A stretch of 64,000 bases of DNA, from sequence record OR067834.1. One strand, given 5' to 3'. Shown here in pieces: positions 47,920 through 57,563 of the stretch. The notes under the pieces are model-generated. The model was not told the origin of the DNA. It searched no databases and worked only from the letters and a program-made list of their open reading frames with translations. Position 1 is the stretch's first letter, and each line of letters starts with the position of its first letter. The position numbers were made by a program, and so were the translations under genes. The DNA comes from Escherichia phage KKP 3715.

Positions 47920-49230
47920 TTAGAAAGTTAGACCACCGTACTTACTGGCAAGATTGCCATAGAACACCACACGCTTACGGGCACGAGACACAGCGACGTA
48001 AAGCAGACGGGCAACCATATCAGGTTGGCGACAGCTTGAGAGGTCATTTGCATCAATAAAGATTGTGTCGTAAGTAGAGCCTTGTGATTTATGAACAGTA
48101 CATGCATGAGTAGCACGCAGGTCTGGAATGGTTTCTTTAAGACGGAAGTAAGGTTCCCAATTCTTCTCTTTACCCAACCACTTAACCAAACGGTTGAAGT
48201 AGTCCGGGTCGGTAGGAATTGGAACTTCACTAACAATACCACCATAACCAAGGTCTAGCGTACTATCACGGACTTCCAGTTCCAGGTCACCTGTAACTTT
48301 AATCATGCGAGTACTACTATCCTGGTCGATAAGTTTTACGTCCTGCTCGATAGACAGACGGTCATCCACACCTAAGCGAACGGCTGAGTTAGAAACAAGC
48401 TGTTCACCTATGGAGTATTCACCTACGTAGCCGTTAGCTTCACGAATGTAGTTATTATAATTAATAACTTGGTCATTTGTGTAAGCGACAATACGACTGT
48501 TGGTGGGTTGAGTGAAATGACTGAGAACCAGTTTCTCCATTTCTTCCTCCTGCACCCAGTCAATAATGCCCGGGATACATTTAATAGGCAGGAAGCCTGT
48601 CTTACCTTCCACCGTATCACGCAATTGCTGGTGCAATGCTTTGAGTTCCGGTGTATCAGTACGCATCTGTTCAGTCAGATAGTGTGTTGGGATATTACCT
48701 GCATACACTGGAGACTTACTCTCTTTAACAGGCAGAAGCTGACAAGCATCACCTACGAATACCAGTTTGCACTGGTGAGTACCTTCACGAGCATACTTAA
48801 GTAACTGACGGTCAATCATGGATGCTTCATCTACGAAGATAATTTTGTTCTTCTTAATAGTGAATGATTTAGAAGGTACGACATTAGCCTCACCAGTTTT
48901 AAAGTCATTCTTAACAATCAGTCCCTGGAAGGAATGATAGGTAGACGTTGGACGTCCTGTAGCTTGAGCCAGAACTTCAGCAGCTTTGTTCGTGGTCGCT
49001 GTCATGACAACTTCGTTATACAGAGGCTTGGTTCCCATCAGAGAACAGGTTTCCATATATGCAGGCATAGTGTCATCAATCAGGTGCGACATCAGGAATG
49101 TCTTACCAGTTCCCCCAGGTCCACTAATATTGAATTCTGAGGCATTAGGGTCGAGCAGGAAGTCGAAGAACTCCTTCGCAACCGCTTCTTGCCCCTGGTT
49201 CAATGGGGCTTTGGTAGGTTTGGAAAACAT
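47920..49230 (-). CDS. SF1 DNA helicase (Dda/RecD-like)
   Basis: 436 aa; Walker A ISGPGGTGKTFL; Walker B-like KIIFVDEASMI; size and position match the N4-like helicase. Confidence 0.8.
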   Translation of the reverse strand: MFSKPTKAPLNQGQEAVAKEFFDFLLDPNASEFNISGPGGTGKTFLMSHLIDDTMPAYMETCSLMGTKPLYNEVVMTATTNKAAEVLAQATGRPTSTYHSFQGLIVKNDFKTGEANVVPSKSFTIKKNKIIFVDEASMIDRQLLKYAREGTHQCKLVFVGDACQLLPVKESKSPVYAGNIPTHYLTEQMRTDTPELKALHQQLRDTVEGKTGFLPIKCIPGIIDWVQEEEMEKLVLSHFTQPTNSRIVAYTNDQVINYNNYIREANGYVGEYSIGEQLVSNSAVRLGVDDRLSIEQDVKLIDQDSSTRMIKVTGDLELEVRDSTLDLGYGGIVSEVPIPTDPDYFNRLVKWLGKEKNWEPYFRLKETIPDLRATHACTVHKSQGSTYDTIFIDANDLSSCRQPDMVARLLYVAVSRARKRVVFYGNLASKYGGLTF

Positions 49231-49239
49231 TTAAATCTC

Positions 49240-49265
49240 CAGTAAAAAACCCTCCGTAGAGGGTT
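49240..49265 (-). terminator. intrinsic terminator (AACCCTC-CGTA-GAGGGTT, then UUUUUUACU on the minus strand)
   Basis: Read from sequence between 49264..49722 and the helicase start. Confidence 0.6.
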
Positions 49266-49722
49266 AGATGTAAGGGGTTAAATCTGGGGGAGTGTAGTCT
49301 TTCCCCTTCATGACTTTCTTGTTCTCGTTGAAGATAGGTTCCCCATCTTCGAACTTGGAATAGTTTGAGCGATTGACTTCAGCCAATGCTCCGGGGACAT
49401 TCATCCCAAGGAAAGTACCGACGCCAGTTGCTGTAACAATCTGGTCAGCAATGCTGTCCAAAAGTCCGATACGGTCTTTCGCAACAATACCACCGTTTTG
49501 TTTAATACGGTCTGCTACGTAGTTAATAGCATCATGTAAGGAAGCAAGTATTTTAGCGTCATCTTTATTGACACTACTAATTGTCTCCAGCATTTCAGCT
49601 ACTTCTTCCAGATGGCATCCAACTTGTGTACTGATGTTTTTACTCGTCGGATTCGGTACGGCTTTTAGAAACCATTGCCGTGTGCTTTCCAGCGTACAAA
49701 CGGATGAACTTGTCATGCTCAC
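49264..49722 (-). CDS. hypothetical protein
   Basis: 152-aa ORF; its first ~27 codons overlap the upstream HTH gene, so the true start may be an internal Met. Confidence 0.45.
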   Translation of the reverse strand: MSMTSSSVCTLESTRQWFLKAVPNPTSKNISTQVGCHLEEVAEMLETISSVNKDDAKILASLHDAINYVADRIKQNGGIVAKDRIGLLDSIADQIVTATGVGTFLGMNVPGALAEVNRSNYSKFEDGEPIFNENKKVMKGKDYTPPDLTPYI

Positions 49723-50065
49723 TCTCTTGGTTAAGGTGGCGATTATTATATGCCTCCAGAATCAAGTCCCTTACGTATGAACGAATCTCATAAGCAGGAC
49801 CAACTTGCTCTGATAGCCAATCTGCCACATGGGTTGGTAATGGACGGAGTACATTCTCCATGAACGTCCGACGTGTATCGGCTGGTTCAATGTTTAAAGA
49901 ACGCAATCGCAAAGTAACCGTAGTGGGGTGAACCCCCAACGTCTTAGCGATAGTTGCGAGGGACAGACCAACAGCATTCATACGAATGATGTCTTCATCA
50001 GTTGCTTTGCGATTAACTCTGTAAACTTTACTCATAGTACATTTCCTCTTCAAATTTACCCTCAC
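49640..50065 (-). CDS. helix-turn-helix DNA-binding protein (putative transcriptional regulator)
   Basis: HTH segment NAVGLSLATIAKTLGVHPTTVTLRL; track start is GTG at 50065 but ATG at 50035 (MSKVYRV) is more likely. Confidence 0.55.
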   Translation of the reverse strand: MRVNLKRKCTMSKVYRVNRKATDEDIIRMNAVGLSLATIAKTLGVHPTTVTLRLRSLNIEPADTRRTFMENVLRPLPTHVADWLSEQVGPAYEIRSYVRDLILEAYNNRHLNQESEHDKFIRLYAGKHTAMVSKSRTESDE

Positions 50066-50084
50066 TTTATTATAAGTGAGGGTA
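50057..50084. promoter_or_regulatory. perfect 11-bp inverted repeat TACCCTCACTT-N6-AAGTGAGGGTA upstream of the HTH gene; candidate operator or terminator hairpin
   Basis: Read from sequence; the spacer reads ATAATA on the minus strand; lies between the rIIB-like stop and the HTH gene ATG. Confidence 0.45.
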
Positions 50085-50097
50085 TTTGAACAGGCTA

Positions 50098-52146
50098 TTA
50101 CTTAACGGCTTTGACCAGTTTGGTAGCTAACTTAGCTTCTTCTTCAGTCAGGCCCATTGCAGTGAATGACTTCTTAGCATGACGCTTATAGTCTTGCAGA
50201 GCATGACCTTTCTGATAGTCGGAGTAGGACGTATCATTCAGGATGCTACGCAGGTTATCGGCGTGTGTTCCATTAATTGGTTTAGGGGCAGCTTTAGTAA
50301 CCTTAGCTTTCTTCACTGGTTTTGGTTTGCCGATAGGTTTAGCTGTGTAAGTTGTACGTACATCAGCAATCTTAGCCACCACATCGGAACCAACACCTAA
50401 AGCAGCCCATGGCTTACGAGCCTTACCTCGCATTTCCACAAGTAAGTCAGCAGCAGCTAATTTATCTTCCGGAGTAGTAGCGTTAAGGAACTCTTTAATT
50501 AGTTCCTGGATTTGTTCTTTCACGGTAGGAGCCTTATTAACAATAGGTTTAAGGTCAGTAGCCTTCACTGGTTCAGCAGCTACAGCTTCATTCAGTGACT
50601 CTTCCATATTCAGTGCTTCTTTATTAGCAACTGTACGGAACTGTTCTACAGAACCAGACGAGAGATTAGTGTATTTGAGGTTAGTACCACGATGCCCACC
50701 AACCATAACAAGTGTGGTAGGTGAACTATGGTTCCCAACGATGGCATCATTAAGTAATTTCTTACCTACTTCTGTCTTAGACAGATAGATGCCATTGTTA
50801 ACGTTGCAACGTTCCTCTTCTGGTAGTTCAGCAATAATGTGATACGCAGCTACACGCATCTTATTAGTGTTGTACTCAGGAACAGCAAATACATCTTCTG
50901 GTGCTACTTTACCAAGGATAGTTACGTTACCACCGAAGGTACGGATGTAACTCATGGATGCTACGTGCAGACCATTAGAGCAGTCCTGACGACGGTCAGG
51001 GTCTACCAGGTCTTCTCGTACCTGTACTTTACAGCCTACCCACTGACGGATGTTGCCTGAGTGACAGTCAACAAATACACGTTTACCATTTTCTTCACCT
51101 CTGAACTTAAGGCGTTTCAGGAACAGGATAGAACCATCATCAGCGATAGGCAGTTCAGCAGTTTCCATGAACTTCATCAGGTCTTCCACTGAGTGCAGAC
51201 GGTCTTTAATAACCGGAGCCAGACGCTCAAGGAACTTGGTAAAGCCCTTATAGTCTTTTAGCTGGGCAGACTGACGTAGGTGACGTTGTAGGTTCTCAAT
51301 TCCAGGGATAACCCCATTGTTGGTAACAGCAACAACCACTTCATCCTCCTTCACATCAGTGTGGAAGTTAGCATCATCGGTACTGATAGCACCTAATGCA
51401 GCCAGCTTCTCTGAAGCAGCAGCCAGCTTATCCTGGTTCGTAGTTTTAACCACTTCCACATAAGGCAGTGGTGTTACCCCACTCCCACGGTTGGTAAATA
51501 CAACATGTACACCCTTGATGTTCTGAGCTTGTTTAGTAAACTCCCCCATTTCATCATCAGATACTGCACGAATTGCAATAGGCCATTCCTGTCTAAGTAC
51601 GATGTCGGTGAGGTCAGTACTCATCCATAGTACGTCGTTAATAAAACGAACCAGTGCAGGATGGTTATGGTCTTTATCCCAGCCAGTAACCCACATCAGA
51701 TTGTCACGTTTGTCGTAGTAACCATCTGCTACTGTTACCTCTGGTTCATTAGCCTGAACAGCCAAGAAGGTATCCATAGCTTTGGATACTAATGTCTTAG
51801 TAGGATTACCCAGCTTAATATCTGAAACAATACGGACTGGTGAAACACCTGTACCATCCTCGAAGAACTCTTTAAGTTTAGCCTTAGCTACCTTGAAGAA
51901 ACGGACGAATCCGTTGGTGTTCTTCTCTGCTTCTAGGTATTCAGTACGCAGTTCTACTTCTGGTGCAATGTTTACTTCTATTTGGTCTTGGGTAGTACCA
52001 AGACCTTTGGTCTGTGCTTCAGATACAATACGAGCAACCCGTGGGTCGCTCTGAGGATATACAACCGTGGAGCCATCAGGCTTCCACAGTGTGAGGTTTC
52101 GACTGTCAACTGCCAGTGCGATGATAGAAATCAATTCGATTTTCAT
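50098..52146 (-). CDS. rIIB: rIIB-like protein
   Basis: 682 aa; segment DCHSGN...CSNGLHVASMSYIRTFGG...KMRVAAY matches what I recall of T4 rIIB; immediately downstream of the rIIA-like gene. Confidence 0.65.
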   Translation of the reverse strand: MKIELISIIALAVDSRNLTLWKPDGSTVVYPQSDPRVARIVSEAQTKGLGTTQDQIEVNIAPEVELRTEYLEAEKNTNGFVRFFKVAKAKLKEFFEDGTGVSPVRIVSDIKLGNPTKTLVSKAMDTFLAVQANEPEVTVADGYYDKRDNLMWVTGWDKDHNHPALVRFINDVLWMSTDLTDIVLRQEWPIAIRAVSDDEMGEFTKQAQNIKGVHVVFTNRGSGVTPLPYVEVVKTTNQDKLAAASEKLAALGAISTDDANFHTDVKEDEVVVAVTNNGVIPGIENLQRHLRQSAQLKDYKGFTKFLERLAPVIKDRLHSVEDLMKFMETAELPIADDGSILFLKRLKFRGEENGKRVFVDCHSGNIRQWVGCKVQVREDLVDPDRRQDCSNGLHVASMSYIRTFGGNVTILGKVAPEDVFAVPEYNTNKMRVAAYHIIAELPEEERCNVNNGIYLSKTEVGKKLLNDAIVGNHSSPTTLVMVGGHRGTNLKYTNLSSGSVEQFRTVANKEALNMEESLNEAVAAEPVKATDLKPIVNKAPTVKEQIQELIKEFLNATTPEDKLAAADLLVEMRGKARKPWAALGVGSDVVAKIADVRTTYTAKPIGKPKPVKKAKVTKAAPKPINGTHADNLRSILNDTSYSDYQKGHALQDYKRHAKKSFTAMGLTEEEAKLATKLVKAVK

Positions 52147-52150
52147 CAGA

Positions 52151-54715
52151 TTATTTACCTTTCAGTTTATTTAGACGATTACGGTAGAGGGACTTAAACC
52201 CAGGAATATCCTCTGGATTCTTCTTGAGATGTTTAACTAAATTACCCAAGTCCAGGCTCTGTAGGATGTCACCAGCACTCCAGCTATAACAGAATAGTTC
52301 TTTGTACTTTTTAAGTACTTCGTAATGCTTATGCATACGAGGATTAACCATGCATTTATACGGCTCTAGGTCATACATCGACTTAATGAGGCCCATTTCA
52401 ATGAGTCTATCCTTGCTACTTGATTGGTTTCTTAAGAAGACGCATGCCCATTCATACTCTGGTTTAAAAACCAGACTCTGCAATGGTTTGAATGTCAGAC
52501 CCAGAATATCGAGGATTTCCCAATATTCTCTGTCATCCAGTCCTACGTATTCCAGAACACCGATACGCTGTTCAGTGGCATACTTCTTGAATCCCTTACT
52601 GGTAATAACAGACATCAATTCATTAAGACGAATATCGTCAATGTGAATAGCACCACGACGTTTGGCTTTGTTAACTTCGATTTGATTACGACAGACAACA
52701 GTCTCTGCTTTCATCTCATCAGACAACTCCCACCATTTCCACATGGTTCCAATCTTGGCAGTTTCTGGTCTATCAGAACCAACCTGATTGGCTGGTACGT
52801 AGTACTTAGGCAATTCTACTTCAACGAATCTAGGTTCCTCATGGAATCTCGGGTCAGCAAAATCCTTGTCAATGTGTGGTTTAGATACCAAATCTCCATT
52901 TTTATCTCGTACAGGGGTAGTACCAAGTACTGCATTCAATGAAACCAGTGCATTAGTTTTACCACCTGCTTTGGTTTTATTGGCAGCTATTGTCTTAGCA
53001 CGTTTCTCAGCAGCTATCTTAGCCTGTTCTCTGCGGAAGTTAGTTGGTTTGTCCCACTCATTATATTGAGTAAGGTCAATAACCCGATAACCCATAGCAG
53101 TGAACTTAGCTACAGCTTCTGCCGCTTCCCCTTTCTTAGGACCAACGACGTGAACAAAAGCAGTACGCTCCAGGTCACCTCGGTTGTACTCAGGGAAGTA
53201 TGAGAAAGAGTCTGCACAGTCAGATAAACGTCTTGTAACTACAACGTTCTTGGTAGTGAAAATACCAATACCCAAATGGTTGTTATAGCCCATCTTAAAG
53301 TAGTCAGTAAGTTTACCTTTCACCAAGTCAACACGGTTACCCCGGTTCATTATGTAACCAGACCACTTAGCACCAGTAGCTTTTAAAGCAGCAAGCTGAG
53401 GTAGGTGCAGATGACGGTATACTAAATCCTGGAATGAGTAACTATTATCACCTACACGAGTATTCTTAAGAGCACGCATAGCCTTACTATACAGTTTCTT
53501 AAGACCTGCATACTCAGGACGAGCTAACAATGCCTTATTGGATAGATTACGCCAGTGCTTAATATGATGTTTACGTTGCTTAGCCCACAAGCTAGAGGAC
53601 ATATAGCGTTGAACAGTTCTGTCTGTAACAGCACCCAGGAAAGATGGGTATTCCCAGTAACGAGTAGAAGATTCAGAGGCATATTCTTCAATCTGCTTAA
53701 TAGCTTCAGGAATCTTAGCCTTAATCTCTTTCTCCATACGGTCTACTAAATCTACGCATAGAGTAGTAATACCATCGTCAGTTAACTTCTGGTTAGACAG
53801 TGTTTCGCGACTAGGGGCAATAGCTAAGGTATCTGGTGCAGCCTGAACTACTAGAGTGTCAGCACCAATGATATTCATGAAGTTGAGGATAAGACCCACA
53901 GCCTCTTCACTAGCAGGACTAGATACTATTGGGTACATTACGTTACCGTAGCGAACAAAGATGTTACTGTTACCCATATAGCCTTGATACCAGCTATCAG
54001 ACATATCATATGAACCAGGTTCAAATGACATACCTAGGGTATTCAGTAGAGTGAAGTCACCCTGCTGAATACTATTGCCTGTTTCTTCACGAATTAATTT
54101 GGGAATACTAAGCTCAGCCTTAATTTCACCGTTAAACACAATTGATGTGATGTAGTGTACAAAGGTATTTACATCATGTTTACCTAACTGGAATTTAACT
54201 TCCAGTCCAGATTCCTCAGTAGGAATATTGGTAACAATAGGAACAATACCCGGTTTACCATCATTCTCAATCGCAGCCTTAGCTACGTTATATACCGACA
54301 TCTTTCCTTGGTTCCATGAAGTAACCTGGAAGCTATCTGTATAGGCGAATGGGGACTTACATCCCAGACCAAAGCCACCAGTAACACTACTGTTGGACTT
54401 CTTAGTAGATGCACCATAGACGCCATAAATGGAACCAATGAGTTCATCCGGGATTCCGTTACCAAAGTCACGGAAGGTAATAAAGTTGTCGGTATCAATA
54501 GTAATACGGATAGGAGTATCAGTCTTACCTGCTTCAATATGAGCATCCCAACTGTTACAGATAGTCTCACGGACTACTGCTAGAGTAGGGTTGTTATACA
54601 AGGAAGTACTTAATACGTGAAAGAATGCCGGGTCATCAGAGATGCCAAAGGCGATTGCTTCTTTGCCACCCAGTGTCGCTGAAGTAGCTGATTGATTGGT
54701 ATCTGCAACTAACAT
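52151..54715 (-). CDS. rIIA: rIIA-like protein (N-terminal GHKL ATPase-like domain)
   Basis: 854 aa; N-terminus LYNNPTLAVVRETICNSWDAH and GGFGLGCKSPFAYTDSFQVTSW closely parallel T4 rIIA N-terminal motifs. Confidence 0.8.
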   Translation of the reverse strand: MLVADTNQSATSATLGGKEAIAFGISDDPAFFHVLSTSLYNNPTLAVVRETICNSWDAHIEAGKTDTPIRITIDTDNFITFRDFGNGIPDELIGSIYGVYGASTKKSNSSVTGGFGLGCKSPFAYTDSFQVTSWNQGKMSVYNVAKAAIENDGKPGIVPIVTNIPTEESGLEVKFQLGKHDVNTFVHYITSIVFNGEIKAELSIPKLIREETGNSIQQGDFTLLNTLGMSFEPGSYDMSDSWYQGYMGNSNIFVRYGNVMYPIVSSPASEEAVGLILNFMNIIGADTLVVQAAPDTLAIAPSRETLSNQKLTDDGITTLCVDLVDRMEKEIKAKIPEAIKQIEEYASESSTRYWEYPSFLGAVTDRTVQRYMSSSLWAKQRKHHIKHWRNLSNKALLARPEYAGLKKLYSKAMRALKNTRVGDNSYSFQDLVYRHLHLPQLAALKATGAKWSGYIMNRGNRVDLVKGKLTDYFKMGYNNHLGIGIFTTKNVVVTRRLSDCADSFSYFPEYNRGDLERTAFVHVVGPKKGEAAEAVAKFTAMGYRVIDLTQYNEWDKPTNFRREQAKIAAEKRAKTIAANKTKAGGKTNALVSLNAVLGTTPVRDKNGDLVSKPHIDKDFADPRFHEEPRFVEVELPKYYVPANQVGSDRPETAKIGTMWKWWELSDEMKAETVVCRNQIEVNKAKRRGAIHIDDIRLNELMSVITSKGFKKYATEQRIGVLEYVGLDDREYWEILDILGLTFKPLQSLVFKPEYEWACVFLRNQSSSKDRLIEMGLIKSMYDLEPYKCMVNPRMHKHYEVLKKYKELFCYSWSAGDILQSLDLGNLVKHLKKNPEDIPGFKSLYRNRLNKLKGK

Positions 54716-54848
54716 TTATTTACTCTCCAGTTTAAATGTTGCTTATAGGAAAAGACTGAACACAACTACGGAAATACCTATGGCTGTTCCGTATGTACCC
54801 AATAGCTCGTTAAGTATGTAGGGTAGAGCCATGAAATAGTTGAATACT

Positions 54849-55223
54849 TCAACCATTGCGTTTACCTGCCATTGCTTGAAGAACGAATACAGCCATATCA
54901 GATGCCATATCATCAGTAATATCATTAACCGTTCCGTAAGGTAACGGACCATTATCTTCCCAGTTATCAAGCACATTCTGCACTTCAGCTAAACCAGCCT
55001 GAATCATCTCTTTGCTTGGTTCCAACCATAATTTACGTTCTTCTGCCAGTGCAGCAATGCACATACACAGGGAAGCGATATTAGCTGGGCAAGCAGCAAT
55101 ATCACCAGTAACTGCAATATCACTAAGTGGAACAGCCTTACCAGTTTTACTATGAATAACTTCAGGATTAATCATGGATTTGCTCCAGGTTATGGGCAGG
55201 AATTGGGAAGCATGGATAGTCAC
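54849..55223 (-). CDS. hypothetical protein
   Basis: 124-aa ORF. Confidence 0.45.
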   Translation of the reverse strand: MTIHASQFLPITWSKSMINPEVIHSKTGKAVPLSDIAVTGDIAACPANIASLCMCIAALAEERKLWLEPSKEMIQAGLAEVQNVLDNWEDNGPLPYGTVNDITDDMASDMAVFVLQAMAGKRNG

Positions 55224-55410
55224 CGGTAGGGTCCAGTGTTACAGATACATGCAGTGTATTTGTCATTTGAGTTAACATCAGAGCAGCATTGAAATCATCC
55301 TGGATACAGGCATATACAATGTCACCTTTCCCACCCTCACACATTAGTGGTGTGTCTTTGATACGGTATTTAGCAGGCATATGCCCTCCCAAAAGAGTTA
55401 ATAGATTCAA
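55168..55410 (-). CDS. hypothetical small protein
   Basis: 80-aa ORF; TTG track start lies in the upstream terminator, so ATG near 55380 is more likely. Confidence 0.4.
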   Translation of the reverse strand: MNLLTLLGGHMPAKYRIKDTPLMCEGGKGDIVYACIQDDFNAALMLTQMTNTLHVSVTLDPTGDYPCFPIPAHNLEQIHD

Positions 55411-55434
55411 AAAAAGACCTCCCGGAGGAGGTCT
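55405..55434 (-). terminator. intrinsic terminator (AGACCTCC-CGGA-GGAGGTCT, then U-tract on the minus strand)
   Basis: Read from sequence. Confidence 0.6.
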
Positions 55435-55439
55435 TAGGT

Positions 55440-55676
55440 TTACTTACGATTCCGTCCTACGAATTGTAATAGACGTTCCTTAGCAACATCCTGTTCCTTG
55501 ATAGCTACATAGTCGCGTGCATAGTAATACACACACCATAAGCCAATAGAACATGCAGAATATCGAGCCACTACGAAGAACATCTCTTCCAGGCTCTGTG
55601 CACCATGCAGTGCAAATACAAATTCCAGAACCAGGATGATACTTATAATCATTGCTTGGATAGCTAAACGTTTCAT
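55440..55676 (-). CDS. small membrane protein (two predicted TM helices)
   Basis: 78-aa ORF; hydrophobic segments IQAMIISIILVLEFVFAL and CSIGLWCVYYYA. Confidence 0.45.
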   Translation of the reverse strand: MKRLAIQAMIISIILVLEFVFALHGAQSLEEMFFVVARYSACSIGLWCVYYYARDYVAIKEQDVAKERLLQFVGRNRK

Positions 55677-56617
55677 TCTTTAATTGTTTCTCCGGGGATT
55701 AGTTTACGGAATTGGATGAAATCCAGTAAGTTACCTGAATACAGCTTACCTTCACGATCCATTGAAGTAACACCCTGTTCCCAGGTTAATGGGTTCTGGT
55801 TGTTAATGAACTTATCACCGAACAGCATAGGAGTTGCCTGGTGTTCGGTAGGGGACGCATGAATAGGTTGGTTCTCAACTAACTTAGCAAACAATCCTAA
55901 GTCTTCTTCAATAGTAGAAGGACGGCCCTCGAAGTTGTTGTAAGAAGCACGAGCACAACGAGCAGCACTTACTTTAAGAAGTAAGCCATACACTTCTGCA
56001 TCACTTGGTTCATCGCGAGTAATTCGTTGATGTTTGCAGAAATCATAAGCAACATAAAGATCATTATCAGTGATATACGGCATATGCCAATGCCCTTGCA
56101 TGAGTTTTGATGGAACACTTTCATTATGAGCCTTACGCATTGCTTGAGCCAGTTCACGAATCTCTGGTTGAGCATCTTCATGGTCACGTAAGCCATAGAA
56201 GTTAGCCCAGCTAGTTGAAGTTACCACTACACGGATATGTGTGAATGGTTCCAGAATACGGTTAACAATCTGCTTATGTACTTGTCCACGACGCAGTTGT
56301 TCAGCATAAACAGCAGCAGCAGATGCAGCGTTATCCCAGATAAACTTAGCATCCTCAATCTCCATAGGAGTGAGTTCTTCCTCTGCTTGCATACCTTTCT
56401 GGTTCTTGCCCCAGTGACTTGGCATCACTGGTTCATTACGAACCTGTTCGATGAGCTTAGAAGTAGGGATAGCACGACTACTTGAAGCATTTCTGTTGAA
56501 TACACGGTGGGTCATAAACTCACTGTGGATGAATCGGGGATAGACCAATTCAAAGGTAGTAATACGAGTACCCGTTGCATGATGAACGGAATCTGCAATG
56601 ACAGTTGCCTTAATCAT
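55673..56617 (-). CDS. thyX: flavin-dependent thymidylate synthase (ThyX)
   Basis: 314 aa; ThyX signature HRVFNRNASSSRA (RHR...S motif). Confidence 0.75.
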   Translation of the reverse strand: MIKATVIADSVHHATGTRITTFELVYPRFIHSEFMTHRVFNRNASSSRAIPTSKLIEQVRNEPVMPSHWGKNQKGMQAEEELTPMEIEDAKFIWDNAASAAAVYAEQLRRGQVHKQIVNRILEPFTHIRVVVTSTSWANFYGLRDHEDAQPEIRELAQAMRKAHNESVPSKLMQGHWHMPYITDNDLYVAYDFCKHQRITRDEPSDAEVYGLLLKVSAARCARASYNNFEGRPSTIEEDLGLFAKLVENQPIHASPTEHQATPMLFGDKFINNQNPLTWEQGVTSMDREGKLYSGNLLDFIQFRKLIPGETIKE

Positions 56618-57060
56618 TAGAATGACCTTAGATAGTTGGTAATACCACTACGGTTTTCTGTAATCCTCTTGGCCTGAACATATACCAGCTTAAACTCACT
56701 ACGGGGTAGTTCCTGTAATACTGCTATACCTTCAGTAAGGGCCACAGAACACGCTACAGCGGTTTCTTTTTTAAAGGAGTACAAGTCTTCATACATGAGG
56801 GCTTCATACTCTTTACGGAGCATACAGAGAGCATCTCTTGCCTTATCACTTACTTCTTGTGAACCAGCAGACATAGCTAAGCTGTATATGATAAAGACTT
56901 GTTCGAAAACAAAGTCCAGTAATCTATCAGGGTTGCTAGTCCCCATGAACAATTTTGTTATATAGGAACGAGCTTTACGGTTGAGTTCGTACTCATCCTC
57001 TATGCCTTTATTATAAAGAACAGGATTTCGCTCCCTTTTTCTTAGGAATGGAATACGCAT
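56617..57060 (-). CDS. hypothetical protein
   Basis: 147-aa ORF, start/stop coupled to neighbours. Confidence 0.5.
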   Translation of the reverse strand: MRIPFLRKRERNPVLYNKGIEDEYELNRKARSYITKLFMGTSNPDRLLDFVFEQVFIIYSLAMSAGSQEVSDKARDALCMLRKEYEALMYEDLYSFKKETAVACSVALTEGIAVLQELPRSEFKLVYVQAKRITENRSGITNYLRSF

Positions 57061-57548
57061 TAGTATTTACTACCTCTTCTATACCAAGGGTAATGGTGGG
57101 TAGTGCTCTTGCCTTTGAACACATCCTTGGTATAAGGATTCTTTTGTATTTGAGCCAGGTAAAGATGCATGTCGTCATAGCAAGGACTAAGCCAGAACTT
57201 ATCTATGATACGATCTACCTTAGCTTTCAGATGAGGTTCAGGAGGGATGTATGGGAAAACATTAAATGATCTACTAGTCCATCCTTTCTGAATAGCAGCT
57301 TGCATTGCTGCGTAAACATCGGGACCAATTCCATTTTCTTCTACTTGGTCATGTATAGTTTTACCTAAAGTAAGCATTGCAGTTTGTTCCAGTTTACTTA
57401 AGTCCAGTCCATATAAGATAGACTTACCATTTTGTCTGTTTGACATAAGAGTACCTGTAATTAAAAAAGCCCACTGGTTAGGTGGGCTTGGATTAGGAGA
57501 TGGATAAGCAATGAGCTGGAAGTAACTTCCACAAGCATCACTATACAA
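57060..57548 (-). CDS. hypothetical protein
   Basis: 162-aa ORF; a terminator inside the annotated N-terminus suggests the true start is an internal Met near 57446. Confidence 0.5.
   Translation of the reverse strand: MYSDACGSYFQLIAYPSPNPSPPNQWAFLITGTLMSNRQNGKSILYGLDLSKLEQTAMLTLGKTIHDQVEENGIGPDVYAAMQAAIQKGWTSRSFNVFPYIPPEPHLKAKVDRIIDKFWLSPCYDDMHLYLAQIQKNPYTKDVFKGKSTTHHYPWYRRGSKY
57461..57488 (-). terminator. intrinsic terminator (AGCCCAC...GTGGGCT, then UUUUUAA on the minus strand)
   Basis: Read from sequence. Confidence 0.6.
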
Positions 57549-57563
57549 TGATGCTTAGGTTAG

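Noticed and set aside
49640-50065. HTH protein as part of a lysogeny module
   Set aside because: No integrase, recombinase or repressor-like partner anywhere in the window; gene content is that of a lytic N4-like phage.
52350-52942. Plus-strand ORFs inside the rIIA-like gene
   Set aside because: Antisense to a gene with strong motif support; no RBS.
54743-54976. 77-aa hydrophobic ORF overlapping 54849..55223
   Set aside because: It overlaps the neighbouring ORF by 128 nt in another frame; only a short C-terminal part (from about 54856) could be independent, which is too weak to call.
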